Shown here: piece by piece, positions 18,381 to 28,085 of the stretch
Layout: every line of letters begins with the position of its first letter
How positions within the stretch are numbered: the first letter of the stretch is position 1
Origin: a virus
Taxonomy: Duplodnaviria > Heunggongvirae > Uroviricota > Caudoviricetes
Virus record (IMG/VR): IMGVR_UViG_2974636330_000001
Span: 21,023-85,022 of that record
Strand: one strand, 5' to 3'
Length of the DNA stretch: 64,000 nucleotides
The notes under the pieces: model-generated
Databases searched by the model: none
Told to the model about the DNA's origin: nothing
What the model saw: only the letters and a program-made list of their open reading frames with translations
Program-made: the position numbers and the translations under genes

Positions 18381-18890
18381 ATGGGCGTGAAAATGGGCGA
18401 TCAGAAGCAGGAGTTCCTGACCGAGGCAGAGCAGGAACAGTCACAGGATCAGAGCCAGAAGCTGGACCCGAAGGGTTTTGCCAAGCCGATCCAGACGAAC
18501 CTGACCCCGGTGCAGCTGGCGGTCAACGAGTTCACCAAGTGCAGTGCGGTGGTGGACGAAATGAAGCCGATGATCAAGTCGGTGGAAGAGCATCGCAAGA
18601 CCTTGCAATCAATTGCAGACGAGAAGGGTGCGCCGAACGAAGAGGTGACCCTGCACGGCACCGATGGGCGGAGCGTCACCTTCAAGGCCAAGACCGAAAC
18701 CCGCAAGATCGACAACATGAACGGCGTGATCGGCCTGTTGAAGGACAAGCTGTCCTACGACGACCTGATGGGCCTGCTGAAGATCAGCCTGACGGACCTC
18801 GACAAGATTCTGTCCCCGGCAGAGCAGGCGCAGTTCGTGAAGAAGGTCTACGGCAGCCGTACCCTGAAGGGCTACACGACCGGTGAATGA
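18381..18890 (+). CDS. hypothetical protein
   Basis: Leader CATAGGAGTGAATCATG after a CTTGCAAACGTGCAAG hairpin; 169 aa. Confidence 0.5.
   Translation: MGVKMGDQKQEFLTEAEQEQSQDQSQKLDPKGFAKPIQTNLTPVQLAVNEFTKCSAVVDEMKPMIKSVEEHRKTLQSIADEKGAPNEEVTLHGTDGRSVTFKAKTETRKIDNMNGVIGLLKDKLSYDDLMGLLKISLTDLDKILSPAEQAQFVKKVYGSRTLKGYTTGE
18604..18617 (+). repeat. TGCAATCAATTGCA (in CDS, LQSIA)
   Basis: exact match. Confidence 0.9.
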
Positions 18891-19848
18891 GCAATCGATC
18901 CGTCTGCTACTGAAGGCCCTTGGGTCGAAGCAGATTGATCGGAAGGGCGAGTGGGTTACGGGCACGTGTCCCCTCGCTCCTTTCACCCACAAGGCAGGGA
19001 CGGACAACAACCCGTCCTTTGGGGTGAAGATCGGCGGGCACAGCCCGTTTAACTGTTTCGCCTGTGATAGTGGGTCGCTGTCCAAGTTGGTACACACGTT
19101 GTCGTACCACGTGCAGCAAGTTCCGAGCATGGCACCGTTCTACGACCTGAAGTCAGCGATGCAGCTGGTGGAAGGTGCGGAGATGGACTTCCTCCCGCAT
19201 CCCCCGTACGAAGAAGACAATTCCGACAAGATGGTGTTTCAGGCGTGGCCTGCATCTGCACTGGAAATCTTCGCGCCACTGGAAGCCGCACCGCACGCGG
19301 TGGAGTACCTCGCCAATCGTGACGGTGGCCTGACGTTGGAGCAGGCGAATGCGGCAGGGATGAAGTTCGACTTCAAGAAGCAGATGATCGTCTGCCCGTA
19401 CTGGAATGCGTACGGCAAGCTGGCAGGAGCCAGAGGAAGGAGCATCGACCCCGAATGCCCGAAGGCGTACCGGCACTTTGACTACACATGGAACGACGTA
19501 AATAACGCGCCGTTGGTGTGGTACAACGAGCTGGCTTTCAATCTGGAGGGGCCGGTGATTGTGGTGGAGGGCCAGTTCGACTGCCGCCACGTCGAAAAGG
19601 TATGGCCGAAAGTGGTGGCCAACCTCACGGCGAAGCCCAGCAAGGAGAAGTTGAGAAAGTTGTCAGGGTGCGAAAGCGTGATCCTGATGCTCGACAATGA
19701 CGAGACGGGCGAGAACGCCAAGAAGAAGTATCTGGAGTATCTGACGGGGCGTGTGCAGGTGGCTGTTTTCGAGTTCGACCAGCAGTATCACGACCCGGCA
19801 CAATGCCCCTTGAAGTACCTGCAACAAGAGCTTTACGGCGAAGGGTAG
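18883..19848 (+). CDS. DNA primase (CHC2 zinc finger + TOPRIM)
   Basis: CPLAPFTHKAGTDNNPSF...HSPFNCFACDSG zinc ribbon. TOPRIM motifs VVVEGQFD and LMLDNDETGENAKKK. Confidence 0.75.
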   Translation: MNEQSIRLLLKALGSKQIDRKGEWVTGTCPLAPFTHKAGTDNNPSFGVKIGGHSPFNCFACDSGSLSKLVHTLSYHVQQVPSMAPFYDLKSAMQLVEGAEMDFLPHPPYEEDNSDKMVFQAWPASALEIFAPLEAAPHAVEYLANRDGGLTLEQANAAGMKFDFKKQMIVCPYWNAYGKLAGARGRSIDPECPKAYRHFDYTWNDVNNAPLVWYNELAFNLEGPVIVVEGQFDCRHVEKVWPKVVANLTAKPSKEKLRKLSGCESVILMLDNDETGENAKKKYLEYLTGRVQVAVFEFDQQYHDPAQCPLKYLQQELYGEG

Positions 19849-19925
19849 GGTATAATCGACCTTGCGTCACCAAGTCCGACGAGAAATCGTCCCAGTAGAA
19901 TATAAGGTTCCAAGGAGAATAGAAG

Positions 19926-20699
19926 ATGGGTGTCAGCTGGCTCAAAACGGGTGCCGACTCTGCCAAGGCAGCAGAACAGGCGAAGGCCGAGGCGGAAGCC
20001 AAGAAGGCCGAAATGGGTAACATGTTCCGCTTCTTCATCAAGAAGGGCGAGGACGCACGAATCACCTTCGTGGATGGTGAGCTGTCGTCGCAGGGCTTCC
20101 TCCTGCCGCCGCGCTTCTACGAGCATACGGTGATGTTCAACGGCAACTGGACCAACTTCGTCTGTCCCGAGAAGACCAGCCCGGAGCTGGGCCACAAGTG
20201 CCCGCTGTGCGAAACCGGCGACTACGCCAGTCTGGTGGCCCTGTTCACTGTGGTGGACCACCGCACCTACAAGTCTCCGACCACCGGCAAGACGTACAAG
20301 GACACGACCAAGCTGTTCGTGGCGAAGTCCGGCACGTACGAAATGCTCAACAAGATCGCCATCAAGCGCGACGGCCTGATCGGCTGCACCTTCGACGTGT
20401 CCCGCATGGGCGACAAGGCCCCGGCAGTCGGCTCCATGTTCGACTTCGTGGAGAAGAACGATCCGGAGAAGCTGAAGGGCGTGTGGACCCGCAGCTACAA
20501 GGACAAGGACGGCAAGGAAGTCACCGAGGATTCGTTCAAGGTGGCCGACTACGACAAGGAAATCGTGTTCCGTACCGGCGACGAACTCCGCGCTCTCGGG
20601 TTCGGCAAGGGAGCGCATACCGGCAGTGGTTTTGCTGGAGCCAACCCGGGCGGCTCGCAGCAGTCGGCTGAGTCGAAGGACTATTCGAACGAGCTGTAA
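19926..20699 (+). CDS. putative zinc-binding ssDNA-binding protein (gp32-like?)
   Basis: Strong RBS AAGGAG and a -10-like TATAAT upstream. Zn-ribbon CPEKTSPELGHKCPLC inside a beta-rich core. High-expression context. Followed by an intrinsic terminator. Confidence 0.3.
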   Translation: MGVSWLKTGADSAKAAEQAKAEAEAKKAEMGNMFRFFIKKGEDARITFVDGELSSQGFLLPPRFYEHTVMFNGNWTNFVCPEKTSPELGHKCPLCETGDYASLVALFTVVDHRTYKSPTTGKTYKDTTKLFVAKSGTYEMLNKIAIKRDGLIGCTFDVSRMGDKAPAVGSMFDFVEKNDPEKLKGVWTRSYKDKDGKEVTEDSFKVADYDKEIVFRTGDELRALGFGKGAHTGSGFAGANPGGSQQSAESKDYSNEL

Positions 20700-20705
20700 G
20701 TCAAG

Positions 20706-20738
20706 CGGGGGCTGTAAAAGGCCCCCGTTTCTCTATGG
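20706..20738 (+). terminator. rho-independent terminator after the SSB-like gene
   Basis: GCGGGGGCTGTAAAAGGCCCCCGTTTCTC: a GC stem plus a U-run. Confidence 0.55.
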
Positions 20739-20745
20739 AGAGAAC

Positions 20746-20962
20746 CATGAGCGAGTTTGAAAAGAAGCTGGTCCGCATCCACGGCAAGATCGTACGGGCA
20801 ACGGTGGGCGACAACGGCGCAATGCTGATCCAGCCGAACACCCCGCACGCCAAGGAAGTCTGGATTCCGAAGAGCCAGATCGAAGAGACGCATACCCGGG
20901 GCGGTGTGGTGTACGCCATCGACGTTACCGAGTGGATTGCCAAGCAGAAGGGGTTGCTTTGA
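20746..20962 (+). CDS. small hypothetical protein
   Basis: 72-aa ORF with ATG after the terminator. Confidence 0.4.
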
Positions 20963-22323
20963 GCCTGATCGCCCCCTTCAAGATCGACCAGAAGCCCCTG
21001 TGGGTGGGCGCTGTCTCGGCTTACAAGTACGATGAAGTCCTCGAAAAGAGGATGACCTTCAAGAGCAAGTTCGGCGATGACGTGAACATGTCGTTCGTAA
21101 AGGACGGGATGTTGATGGTTCCGCGCCGACTGACTCCGGCTGGCGTGGGCGAGTACCGGACCACCCGTGACCTCGGTGCAATCAAGTGCAAAGTCGGGCC
21201 GCGCTCAGACGAACAGGCCAGCTGCATTGCACAGTCGGTGAAGCTGCTGAAAGCGGGCGTTGACCATATCCTGCAAGCACCGACCGGCTGGGGCAAGACC
21301 TACGGCGGCTCGGCCATCGCTGCGGAGCTGGGGCAGGCCACCTTGATCATCGTCCCGAAGTCGGACCTGATGTATGAGTGGAAGAACACCCTGATCAACC
21401 TGATCGGCATCCCGGCCAGTGAAATCGGCCTGATCCAAGGCGACAAGGCGGACTACGTAGGCAAGCGGTTCACGCTGGCGATGGTGCATTCGCTGGTGAT
21501 CGACGGCAAGTACGACCACGACCCGGCAATGCTGAAGTATTTCGGGCTGGTGATGTTCGATGAAACCCACAAGATGGCTGCCGACACGTTCCAGATCGCG
21601 GCCAGAATGTTCACCGCCAAGTATCGACTGGGCTTGTCGGCCACGCCGAAGCGCTCGGATGGCAAAGACCCGGTGATCGCAGCCCACATCGGTGAAGTGC
21701 TGGTGATAGGCAAGCAAGTCCCGATGAAGCCGAAGATCATCGTGGAGCGGAGCCAGTGGGCTATCCCGAAGTTCAAGCGATGGAACCCGGAGAAACAGCT
21801 GTACGAAATGCAGACCATGCCGTACTCGCCGGGGCGCATGGCCGGGGTGTTCAAGCGCATGGCGGCAGACTCTGCCCGTAATGCCATCATCGCCAACATG
21901 GCGAAACAGGCGTACGATGCGGGCAGGCACCACATCATCATGTCCGACACGCTGGAGCATTTGAAGTTGCTGCACCTGATCATCGCCAACAAGGGCGTGC
22001 CGGGTGAGCATTTCGGGTTCTATGTTGGCGGGACCAAGAAGAAAACGAAGGAAGAACTGGACTTTGCGGCCAGTAAACCGATAGTATTGGCTACGTACGC
22101 CATGACCAAGGAAGGCACGAACTATCCCAGCTGGGATATGTTGACCTTGGCGACCCCGAAGGCGGACGTGGAGCAGGCCATCGGGCGCGTGATGCGGATG
22201 AAGGAAGGCAAGAAGAAGCCCATCGTCTTCGATATCGTGGACATGGATTCCATCTTCAAGGGCTTCTACAGTGCCCGAGAAGTCCAGTATTACCGAGTAG
22301 GTGCGGAGATTGTGAAAGCATGA
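20932..22323 (+). CDS. superfamily-2 DNA helicase (DExH, ResIII-like)
   Basis: Motif I LQAPTGWGKT, motif II VMFDETHK, C-terminal helicase motifs (MSDTLEHL..., QAIGRVMR). Alternative TTG start at 20959. Confidence 0.7.
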   Translation: MDCQAEGVALSLIAPFKIDQKPLWVGAVSAYKYDEVLEKRMTFKSKFGDDVNMSFVKDGMLMVPRRLTPAGVGEYRTTRDLGAIKCKVGPRSDEQASCIAQSVKLLKAGVDHILQAPTGWGKTYGGSAIAAELGQATLIIVPKSDLMYEWKNTLINLIGIPASEIGLIQGDKADYVGKRFTLAMVHSLVIDGKYDHDPAMLKYFGLVMFDETHKMAADTFQIAARMFTAKYRLGLSATPKRSDGKDPVIAAHIGEVLVIGKQVPMKPKIIVERSQWAIPKFKRWNPEKQLYEMQTMPYSPGRMAGVFKRMAADSARNAIIANMAKQAYDAGRHHIIMSDTLEHLKLLHLIIANKGVPGEHFGFYVGGTKKKTKEELDFAASKPIVLATYAMTKEGTNYPSWDMLTLATPKADVEQAIGRVMRMKEGKKKPIVFDIVDMDSIFKGFYSAREVQYYRVGAEIVKA

Positions 22324-22721
22324 AGCCGTTTGACCGTTGGTATGCCAAGAACCGTGAGTCCCTGTTGAAGCAGCGTCGGGAGAAGTACCGCACCGATCCG
22401 CAATTCCGACAGGCCGCACTGAGCAGATCGGCACGCCAGCGGGCGAACAGGCAGAAACCCTCAGACGACAAGCCTTTCGGGTTCGGAGAAGTAGCCGAAC
22501 TGCTGGGAGTCAGCACCGTCACGCTGAGGACATGGAAGCGGAAGGATTACTACCCTGAGCCGTCACGGCATGGAAAGGCGGTTGTTTTCAGCGCGGAACA
22601 GGTGAACCTGCTGAAGACTCTCCGGTCTGTATTCGTCAAGCATGGTTGGAACATGCGGGATGACGCAGCGAAAGAAGAGCTTGAATCCACCATCCGTTTG
22701 ATTTATGCCAACTGGAGTTAG
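22320..22721 (+). CDS. MerR-type HTH DNA-binding protein
   Basis: FGFGEVAELLGVSTVTLRTWKRKDYYPEP resembles a MerR/excisionase-type helix-turn-helix. Confidence 0.45.
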   Translation: MKPFDRWYAKNRESLLKQRREKYRTDPQFRQAALSRSARQRANRQKPSDDKPFGFGEVAELLGVSTVTLRTWKRKDYYPEPSRHGKAVVFSAEQVNLLKTLRSVFVKHGWNMRDDAAKEELESTIRLIYANWS

Positions 22722-22723
22722 AA

Positions 22724-23095
22724 ATGGGCGTGAAGATGGGTAAGTCGGGCGACAGCGCGGCTCCAAAGGAAAAGAACTACGAGCAGCACCTGTTCTCGGG
22801 TGAAGCCTCGGGGCAGGTGACGGTCACCAAGAAGAAGGGCAGCGACCCTGAGAAGACCGTGGTGGCTGGCGTGTCCACCAGCGAAAGCCCGGGGCAGGTA
22901 ATCCCGGCACATGAGCTTGTGCAGCTGGAAATCCAAGGCGGCAAGACGATCAACCTCGGCAACTACGAGTCGGCCAAGATCAACGTCAGTCTGCGCGTCC
23001 CCTGCACCATGCAGACCCTGCCGGACATGTACAACTTCGCCACGGCATGGGTGAACGAGAAGATCGAAGAAATGATCAAGGGGGAGACTCCGTAA
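22724..23095 (+). CDS. hypothetical protein
   Basis: 123-aa ORF; shares the MGVKMG N-terminus with the 18381 gene. Confidence 0.45.
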   Translation: MGVKMGKSGDSAAPKEKNYEQHLFSGEASGQVTVTKKKGSDPEKTVVAGVSTSESPGQVIPAHELVQLEIQGGKTINLGNYESAKINVSLRVPCTMQTLPDMYNFATAWVNEKIEEMIKGETP

Positions 23096-24297
23096 TGGGC
23101 GTGAAACTCCCGGGCGCAAAGACCCCCACGGAAGAGCAGGCAGGCGACTCCGAAGTTCAGCAGGACGCAGCGGAAGAAACGACTTCTGCAACCCCTCCAC
23201 CCCCATCCAAGCCCAAAAAGGGCGGCAGCGAGTCATCGGCCATCATGAAGGCCCTGATCAAGTCGAAGGGCGAGGGCGTCTTCATTCAAGGTAACAAGAT
23301 TCCGGTGGTGGAGCGCATCCCGACCGGACTGTTCGAGTTCGACTACTACACGGGGGGAGGCTTCCCCAAAGGCCGCCTGTCCATCGTGTACGGCCCGGAG
23401 TCCTCGGGCAAGACCAACATCAGTCTGCTCGCTGCGGCGACGGCCCAGAAGTTCCCAGATGACTGCAACAAGGTGGTGTTCGTTGACCTTGAAGGAACCT
23501 TCGATCCGACTTGGGCAGAGCAGTTCGGGGTGGACACTGAGAATCTGATTGTCGTGAAACCGGGCTACGGCGAAGAGGCTGTGGACGTGATCGACGGGTT
23601 GGTGCGGGCCGATGACGTGGCTCTGCTGATCGTGGATTCCATCGCGGTGGTGACCAGTGCGAAGGAGGCAGAACAGTCGGCAGAAAAGTTCGACGTGGGT
23701 ACGGCTGCTGTGCTGGTGAAGCGCCTGTCCAACAAGTTGGCCATCGCGTTCTCGTTGGAGGCCCGTCGTGGCCACTTCCCGGCGGTGATTTTCCTGAACC
23801 AGACCCGCTTCAAGATCGGCGTCATGTTCGGTGACCCGGAGACCATGCCGGGCGGACAGACGATGAAGTTCTTGTCCTCCCTGACCGTACGCTTGTTCGG
23901 CAAGAACAAGATGGCCAAGGAAATCCACCCGGATAAGCCTGCCTTCAAGGACACCAACGCGGTGATCAAGAAGGCGAAGGTGGCGATCAACGGCTCAACC
24001 TTCCAGTACGACATGGCAATGATGCCGACCGGAACACTGAAAGTCGGCGAGTCGGACAGTTGGTCCACGGTAGCTGGTCATCTGCGCGAGATGGACCTGA
24101 TCCGCAAGGCGGCGAAGGGGGGTGGTTGGGAAGTGGAACTGACGGACGGGAGTGTACTGAGCTACAACACCTTGACCCAGATTCAGGACCACTATTACAC
24201 CGAGAAGTCATTCCAGAAAGAATTGCAGTCTATCGTCGTGAAGCGCAAGTCTGACAATGGCTTCCTGCTGGAAGCCGAAGGGTATGCGGCCAAGTGA
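23095..24297 (+). CDS. RecA-family recombinase
   Basis: Walker A YGPESSGKT, Walker B LLIVDSIAVV, RecA-fold core with the L1/L2 region. TAATG overlap. Confidence 0.65.
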   Translation: MGVKLPGAKTPTEEQAGDSEVQQDAAEETTSATPPPPSKPKKGGSESSAIMKALIKSKGEGVFIQGNKIPVVERIPTGLFEFDYYTGGGFPKGRLSIVYGPESSGKTNISLLAAATAQKFPDDCNKVVFVDLEGTFDPTWAEQFGVDTENLIVVKPGYGEEAVDVIDGLVRADDVALLIVDSIAVVTSAKEAEQSAEKFDVGTAAVLVKRLSNKLAIAFSLEARRGHFPAVIFLNQTRFKIGVMFGDPETMPGGQTMKFLSSLTVRLFGKNKMAKEIHPDKPAFKDTNAVIKKAKVAINGSTFQYDMAMMPTGTLKVGESDSWSTVAGHLREMDLIRKAAKGGGWEVELTDGSVLSYNTLTQIQDHYYTEKSFQKELQSIVVKRKSDNGFLLEAEGYAAK

Positions 24298-24671
24298 TGG
24301 GACTGGAAAACAACCCCCTGATGAAGCGGCTCGCCAAACACTCTGGCAATGCCCATGGAGACACTTCAGAGCGTCGTGTAGCCAAGTCCCTTGGTGCCCG
24401 CCTACAACCCAACAGCGGGGCCATGCGCGGGGCTAAGGGCGATGCCACGCTCAGTAGGAAGCGCAAGTTCCGAATCGAATGCAAGTCCACGGTGAAGAAC
24501 ACCCTGCCTGTCGAGTTGGGGTGGCTGGTCAAGATTCACCATGAAGCCCTGACGGGCGGAGAAGTACCGATCCTGACTGTCAGTTTCGTGACCCCGGATG
24601 GCAAGTCACGTCCTCCGGGCGATTGGGTGATGATGCCGAAGACCTATTTCGATGAGCTGACGGAGGAATGA
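24294..24671 (+). CDS. small putative PD-(D/E)xK nuclease (Hjc/VRR-NUC-like)
   Basis: KGD...RKFRIECKST gives a D..E-x-K arrangement. Located in the recombination block. Confidence 0.3.
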   Translation: MMGLENNPLMKRLAKHSGNAHGDTSERRVAKSLGARLQPNSGAMRGAKGDATLSRKRKFRIECKSTVKNTLPVELGWLVKIHHEALTGGEVPILTVSFVTPDGKSRPPGDWVMMPKTYFDELTEE

Positions 24672-25552
24672 TGAAGTTCCTCCAACAGGCACAGAAGGAG
24701 GCGTTTGATCCGAAGCAGACCATCATCAAGCGCCTGATGAAGAACTTGGAGGGCTACAGGCCCGCCAGATCGCACGAGATTGTCCATGCCTCGGACATTA
24801 CGAAGGAATCTTTCTGCCCCCGCCAGACGGCGCTGCTGGACCTCACGGGGCTGAAGAAGAAGGACGAGTACATCGACACCCCGTTGCAGGTGACGTTCGA
24901 CGTGGGCAACGCCCTGAGCGACCTGTTCCGCGAGGACTGGGGCAAGGGCTGGGTGTACGGCAACTGGATATGCGTCAGGTGCGGGCAGCAGCGTACGTTC
25001 TGTCTCCACCCGGGGCAGATGGAGTGCAAGTCCGGAGGCAAGTTCAAGACCTGCAAGTGGCGGTACGAGGAAATGAACTTCGTGTGTCAGAAGTACGACG
25101 TATCCGGCTCGCTGGACGCGGTGTGCGACCTCGGCGCTCCGAAGTTGTTCGTGACGGAACTGAAGATCATCACCCCGGTGGACTTCGAGAAGCTGGTGGC
25201 CCCGCTGCCTGAGCATCGAATCCGCACGAACCTGTACATGAATCTGATCGAGAACAGCGACAGCATGTACAAGCACAAGTTGAACCTGCAACAGGCGAAA
25301 GTGCTGTATATCAGTCGGGCGTGGGGAAAGATGCACAAGGACTACAACACGATCCTCCCGTTCAAGGAGTTCGATGTTGCCCGGGATGATTCTGTCCTCG
25401 CCCCGTATCTCGGCAAGGCCGCAGCCATCAAGAAGTGGCGGACGGTGAAGAAGATGCCCCACGGCGTCTGCCAGACCACGGCAGAGCCTACCGCCAAGAA
25501 GTGTTCCGTCTGTAAGGAGTGCTTCTCTGGCAAGTACCCGGTGAGCCTATGA
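24668..25552 (+). CDS. Cas4/RecB-like PD-(D/E)xK exonuclease with C-terminal Cys cluster
   Basis: LDAVCDLG...FVTELKIITP (D...ExK core). N-terminal Cys (FCPRQTA) plus C-terminal CQTT...CSVCKEC is consistent with a Cas4-type Fe-S ligand set. Confidence 0.5.
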   Translation: MMKFLQQAQKEAFDPKQTIIKRLMKNLEGYRPARSHEIVHASDITKESFCPRQTALLDLTGLKKKDEYIDTPLQVTFDVGNALSDLFREDWGKGWVYGNWICVRCGQQRTFCLHPGQMECKSGGKFKTCKWRYEEMNFVCQKYDVSGSLDAVCDLGAPKLFVTELKIITPVDFEKLVAPLPEHRIRTNLYMNLIENSDSMYKHKLNLQQAKVLYISRAWGKMHKDYNTILPFKEFDVARDDSVLAPYLGKAAAIKKWRTVKKMPHGVCQTTAEPTAKKCSVCKECFSGKYPVSL

Positions 25553-26046
25553 GAGTCTGCGGCATCGATCCCAGCATGAAGACCGGATTCGTCGTCCTTG
25601 ATCCTGACGGCGGCGTTCTGGTGGCGGTAAAGGTGGAGTTCACCGACGCAAAGGGTTACCACCGGCTGCAATTGATTGCAAAGTCGCTGGGAAGTCTCGT
25701 AAATGAGTGGAAACCGGACATTGTAGTGGTAGAAGGGCAGGGTTTCGCCAATAAGTTCACGAAAGTTGAACAGACCCATGCCCACATGATTGTGCGTCAG
25801 AGCTTGTATACCGCAGGAATTGGTTGGTATGATGCACCGCCGACCACAGTAAAGAAGTTGACCACCGGAAAGGGTGACGCCAAGAAGGCTGACATGGCGA
25901 AGTCCGTAAAGGAACGGTGGGGGTTCATATCGAAGAGCGACGACGTAGTTGACGCTTATGCGATGGCCCAGATTGCAAGACAAATCGCGCTGACCGGCGC
26001 TATCCCAACCGGAGTCAAGAAACATGAAGAACCCTCTCTACCGTAA
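25549..26046 (+). CDS. ruvC: RuvC-family Holliday-junction resolvase
   Basis: N-terminal MRVCGIDPSMKTGFVVLD, then VVVEGQ, then DAYAMAQIA: the catalytic D/E/D/D pattern of RuvC. Confidence 0.7.
   Translation: MRVCGIDPSMKTGFVVLDPDGGVLVAVKVEFTDAKGYHRLQLIAKSLGSLVNEWKPDIVVVEGQGFANKFTKVEQTHAHMIVRQSLYTAGIGWYDAPPTTVKKLTTGKGDAKKADMAKSVKERWGFISKSDDVVDAYAMAQIARQIALTGAIPTGVKKHEEPSLP
25667..25680 (+). repeat. TGCAATTGATTGCA (in ruvC, LQLIA)
   Basis: exact match. Confidence 0.9.
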
Positions 26047-26656
26047 GAACGTCACTGCCACCCTGTCGGTCAAGCCCGCGAAGGCTGGCCTGCGCCAGAT
26101 GCTGCGTAAGCAGAAGACCCTGAACCTCGGCCACGCGCTGGTCGGCCTCGGCGGCGAAATCGGCGAAGTCGTGCTGGCCCTGACCCCGTTCGTGACCGGC
26201 GCGTCCCAGCTGACCACTGACTTGAAGGCGAAGGCTCGTTCCGAGTTCGGCGACGTGCTGTACTTCACCTTCGTCGCTGGCAAGATGCTGAAAGCGAAGC
26301 TGCCCGCCAGCACCAAGAAGGTCAAGCTGAAGGGCATGACCATCAGCGAAGCGATCCTGAAGCTCAACGAGTACGGAACCCTGTTCGTCGGCCAGTACAA
26401 GAAGGTGTACTACGGGCTGGAGCTGGACGAAGCCAAGATCGCTGAACTGTACGGCGAGTTCGTGGAACTGCTGTGGGCCGTGGTCTACACGGTGTACGGC
26501 GAAGCCCCGGCCCCGATCATGGAAGAGAACGTCGCCAAGCTGGCCGCGAAGTACCCGGGTCAGGTGTTCTCGACCGAAGCGGCTCAGGCCGGTGAGGAAG
26601 CGAAGAAGGCCGAAGAGCAGGCCGTGACCGTCGATGGCGGCGGTGCTGCCGAATAA
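26024..26656 (+). CDS. MazG-like nucleotide pyrophosphohydrolase (putative)
   Basis: LGGEIGEVVLAL and EFGDVLYFTFV resemble the paired E-rich helices of MazG/HisE-type NTP-PPases. Confidence 0.4.
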   Translation: MKNPLYRKNVTATLSVKPAKAGLRQMLRKQKTLNLGHALVGLGGEIGEVVLALTPFVTGASQLTTDLKAKARSEFGDVLYFTFVAGKMLKAKLPASTKKVKLKGMTISEAILKLNEYGTLFVGQYKKVYYGLELDEAKIAELYGEFVELLWAVVYTVYGEAPAPIMEENVAKLAAKYPGQVFSTEAAQAGEEAKKAEEQAVTVDGGGAAE

Positions 26657-26660
26657 TTTC

Positions 26661-26674
26661 TGCAATTAATTGCA
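26661..26674 (+). repeat. TGCAATTAATTGCA (perfect-palindrome variant, intergenic)
   Basis: centre TA instead of CA/TG. Confidence 0.8.
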
Positions 26675-26738
26675 GTAACCCCTTTACAAACGTGCTGGGT
26701 GCGTTACTCTACGCATCCACCACAACGGAGTGATTCAA

Positions 26739-27542
26739 ATGAGCGAGAACGAAGAGCAGGGCGGTTCGCAGGTGCAGGAAGCTGCCCCGCAGGAGCAGGT
26801 TGTCACCGCTGGCAAGACCAAGGTGAAGGACGATCTGTTCGTCTCCATCGCGCAGGAAATCGAGGGCCTGAGCAAGACCAAGGCGCTGAACCTCGCGGAC
26901 AAGCTGAACGAGAACATCGAAGTCGATTACTTCCGTCTCGGCGGCGTGCTGAAGGTCATCTACGAGAACACGTGGTTCGAAGGTCACGAATCCTTCGGCG
27001 CGTTCGTGGCTGACAAGTTCGGCTTTGCCGAGCGCAAGGCCAAGTACCTGATGGAAATCTACGACCATCTGGTCACGAAGCAGATTCCCTTCGAGAAGGT
27101 CAGCGGCCTCGGCTGGACCAAGCTGAAGGATCTGGCCCGTCACCTGACGCTGGAAAACGTGGACGAGTGGGTGGCCAAGGCCCTGCCGCTGACCGTGAGC
27201 GAGTTGCAGGCCCTGCTGAAGGGCAGCAACGGCGACGCCGAAGGCACCACCAAGGTGACCTCCGACGAACAGACCCTGAAGTTCAAGTTCAAGAACGATC
27301 AGGTCGAAACCGTCACGTCCGCGCTGAACAAGGCCAAGGCCGAAGTCAACACGACCTACGACACCGTGGCGTTGGAAGCGATCTGCACCGGCTACCTCGG
27401 CGGCTCGGTCGGCATCGCGGCCACCGGTGCCTCGCTGGAAGAGCAGATGAAGTCTGCCGGTGCCAAGGGCGTGCTGGAGCTGTTCGACCAGCTGTTCCCG
27501 TCCGTGGAAATCACCATTGATTCCATGGGCGAAGAAGGTTAA
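26739..27542 (+). CDS. hypothetical protein
   Basis: Leader CAACGGAGTGATTCAAATG; 267 aa; intrinsic terminator downstream. Confidence 0.5.
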   Translation: MSENEEQGGSQVQEAAPQEQVVTAGKTKVKDDLFVSIAQEIEGLSKTKALNLADKLNENIEVDYFRLGGVLKVIYENTWFEGHESFGAFVADKFGFAERKAKYLMEIYDHLVTKQIPFEKVSGLGWTKLKDLARHLTLENVDEWVAKALPLTVSELQALLKGSNGDAEGTTKVTSDEQTLKFKFKNDQVETVTSALNKAKAEVNTTYDTVALEAICTGYLGGSVGIAATGASLEEQMKSAGAKGVLELFDQLFPSVEITIDSMGEEG

Positions 27543-27564
27543 GCTGTAAGTACACGCCGCCTGC

Positions 27565-27727
27565 CCTCGACGTGTGCGCCCGGGAGGGGTCTGAGAAATC
27601 AGGCCCCTCTTTTTATTGGGCGACAGTCGGAAAATAAAGGTAAAAACTGGCGAAAACCTCTTGCGCAGCCGGTGGGCATTCGTATACTAGGTCCATCAAA
27701 TCAATCAGCAACCAATGGAGTGACAGA
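27565..27727 (+). promoter_or_regulatory. terminator (GAGGGGTCTGAGAAATCAGGCCCCTCTTTTTAT), GGCGAAAA repeats, TTGCGC(27661-66)-N16-TATACT(27683-88), leader CCAATGGAGTGA
   Basis: Same cassette as 7996-8100. Confidence 0.5.
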
Positions 27728-27885
27728 TGAAGAAGCCCGCCATCAAGTTCAAAGCCGCAGCGACCACCACTGTCGGCAGCACGATCCGCTACTTCCACAA
27801 GGGCTACAAGTTCTGGGAAGTCAGCAAAATCGAAGATGGCGTGGCCACCGCTGTTGCGGTTTCTTCTCCCTCCGGCTGCTGCTAA
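27727..27885 (+). CDS. small hypothetical protein (52 aa)
   Basis: ATG 5 nt after CCAATGGAGTGACAG, behind TTGCGC-N16-TATACT. Below the ORF-track cutoff. Confidence 0.35.
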   Translation: MKKPAIKFKAAATTTVGSTIRYFHKGYKFWEVSKIEDGVATAVAVSSPSGCC

Positions 27886-27895
27886 GGAGATGGCA

Positions 27896-28003
27896 ATGAA
27901 GATGGGTTCCTTCCAAGACAAGTCCACCGAGAACGTCATCATCGTGATGGGCGTGATCGCCACTCTGGTCATCGGCACTGTGAAGGTTCTGTTCGGATTC
28001 TGA
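27896..28003 (+). CDS. small membrane peptide (35 aa)
   Basis: TAAGGAG RBS; single TM segment IIVMGVIATLVIGTV. Confidence 0.3.
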   Translation: MKMGSFQDKSTENVIIVMGVIATLVIGTVKVLFGF

Positions 28004-28085
28004 GCCGCAAACCACCTAATTTTCTTGACTGACTACCTGCCAAGTAGTACAGTCTTTGAGACCCACAACCCCGGAGAGTTACCCC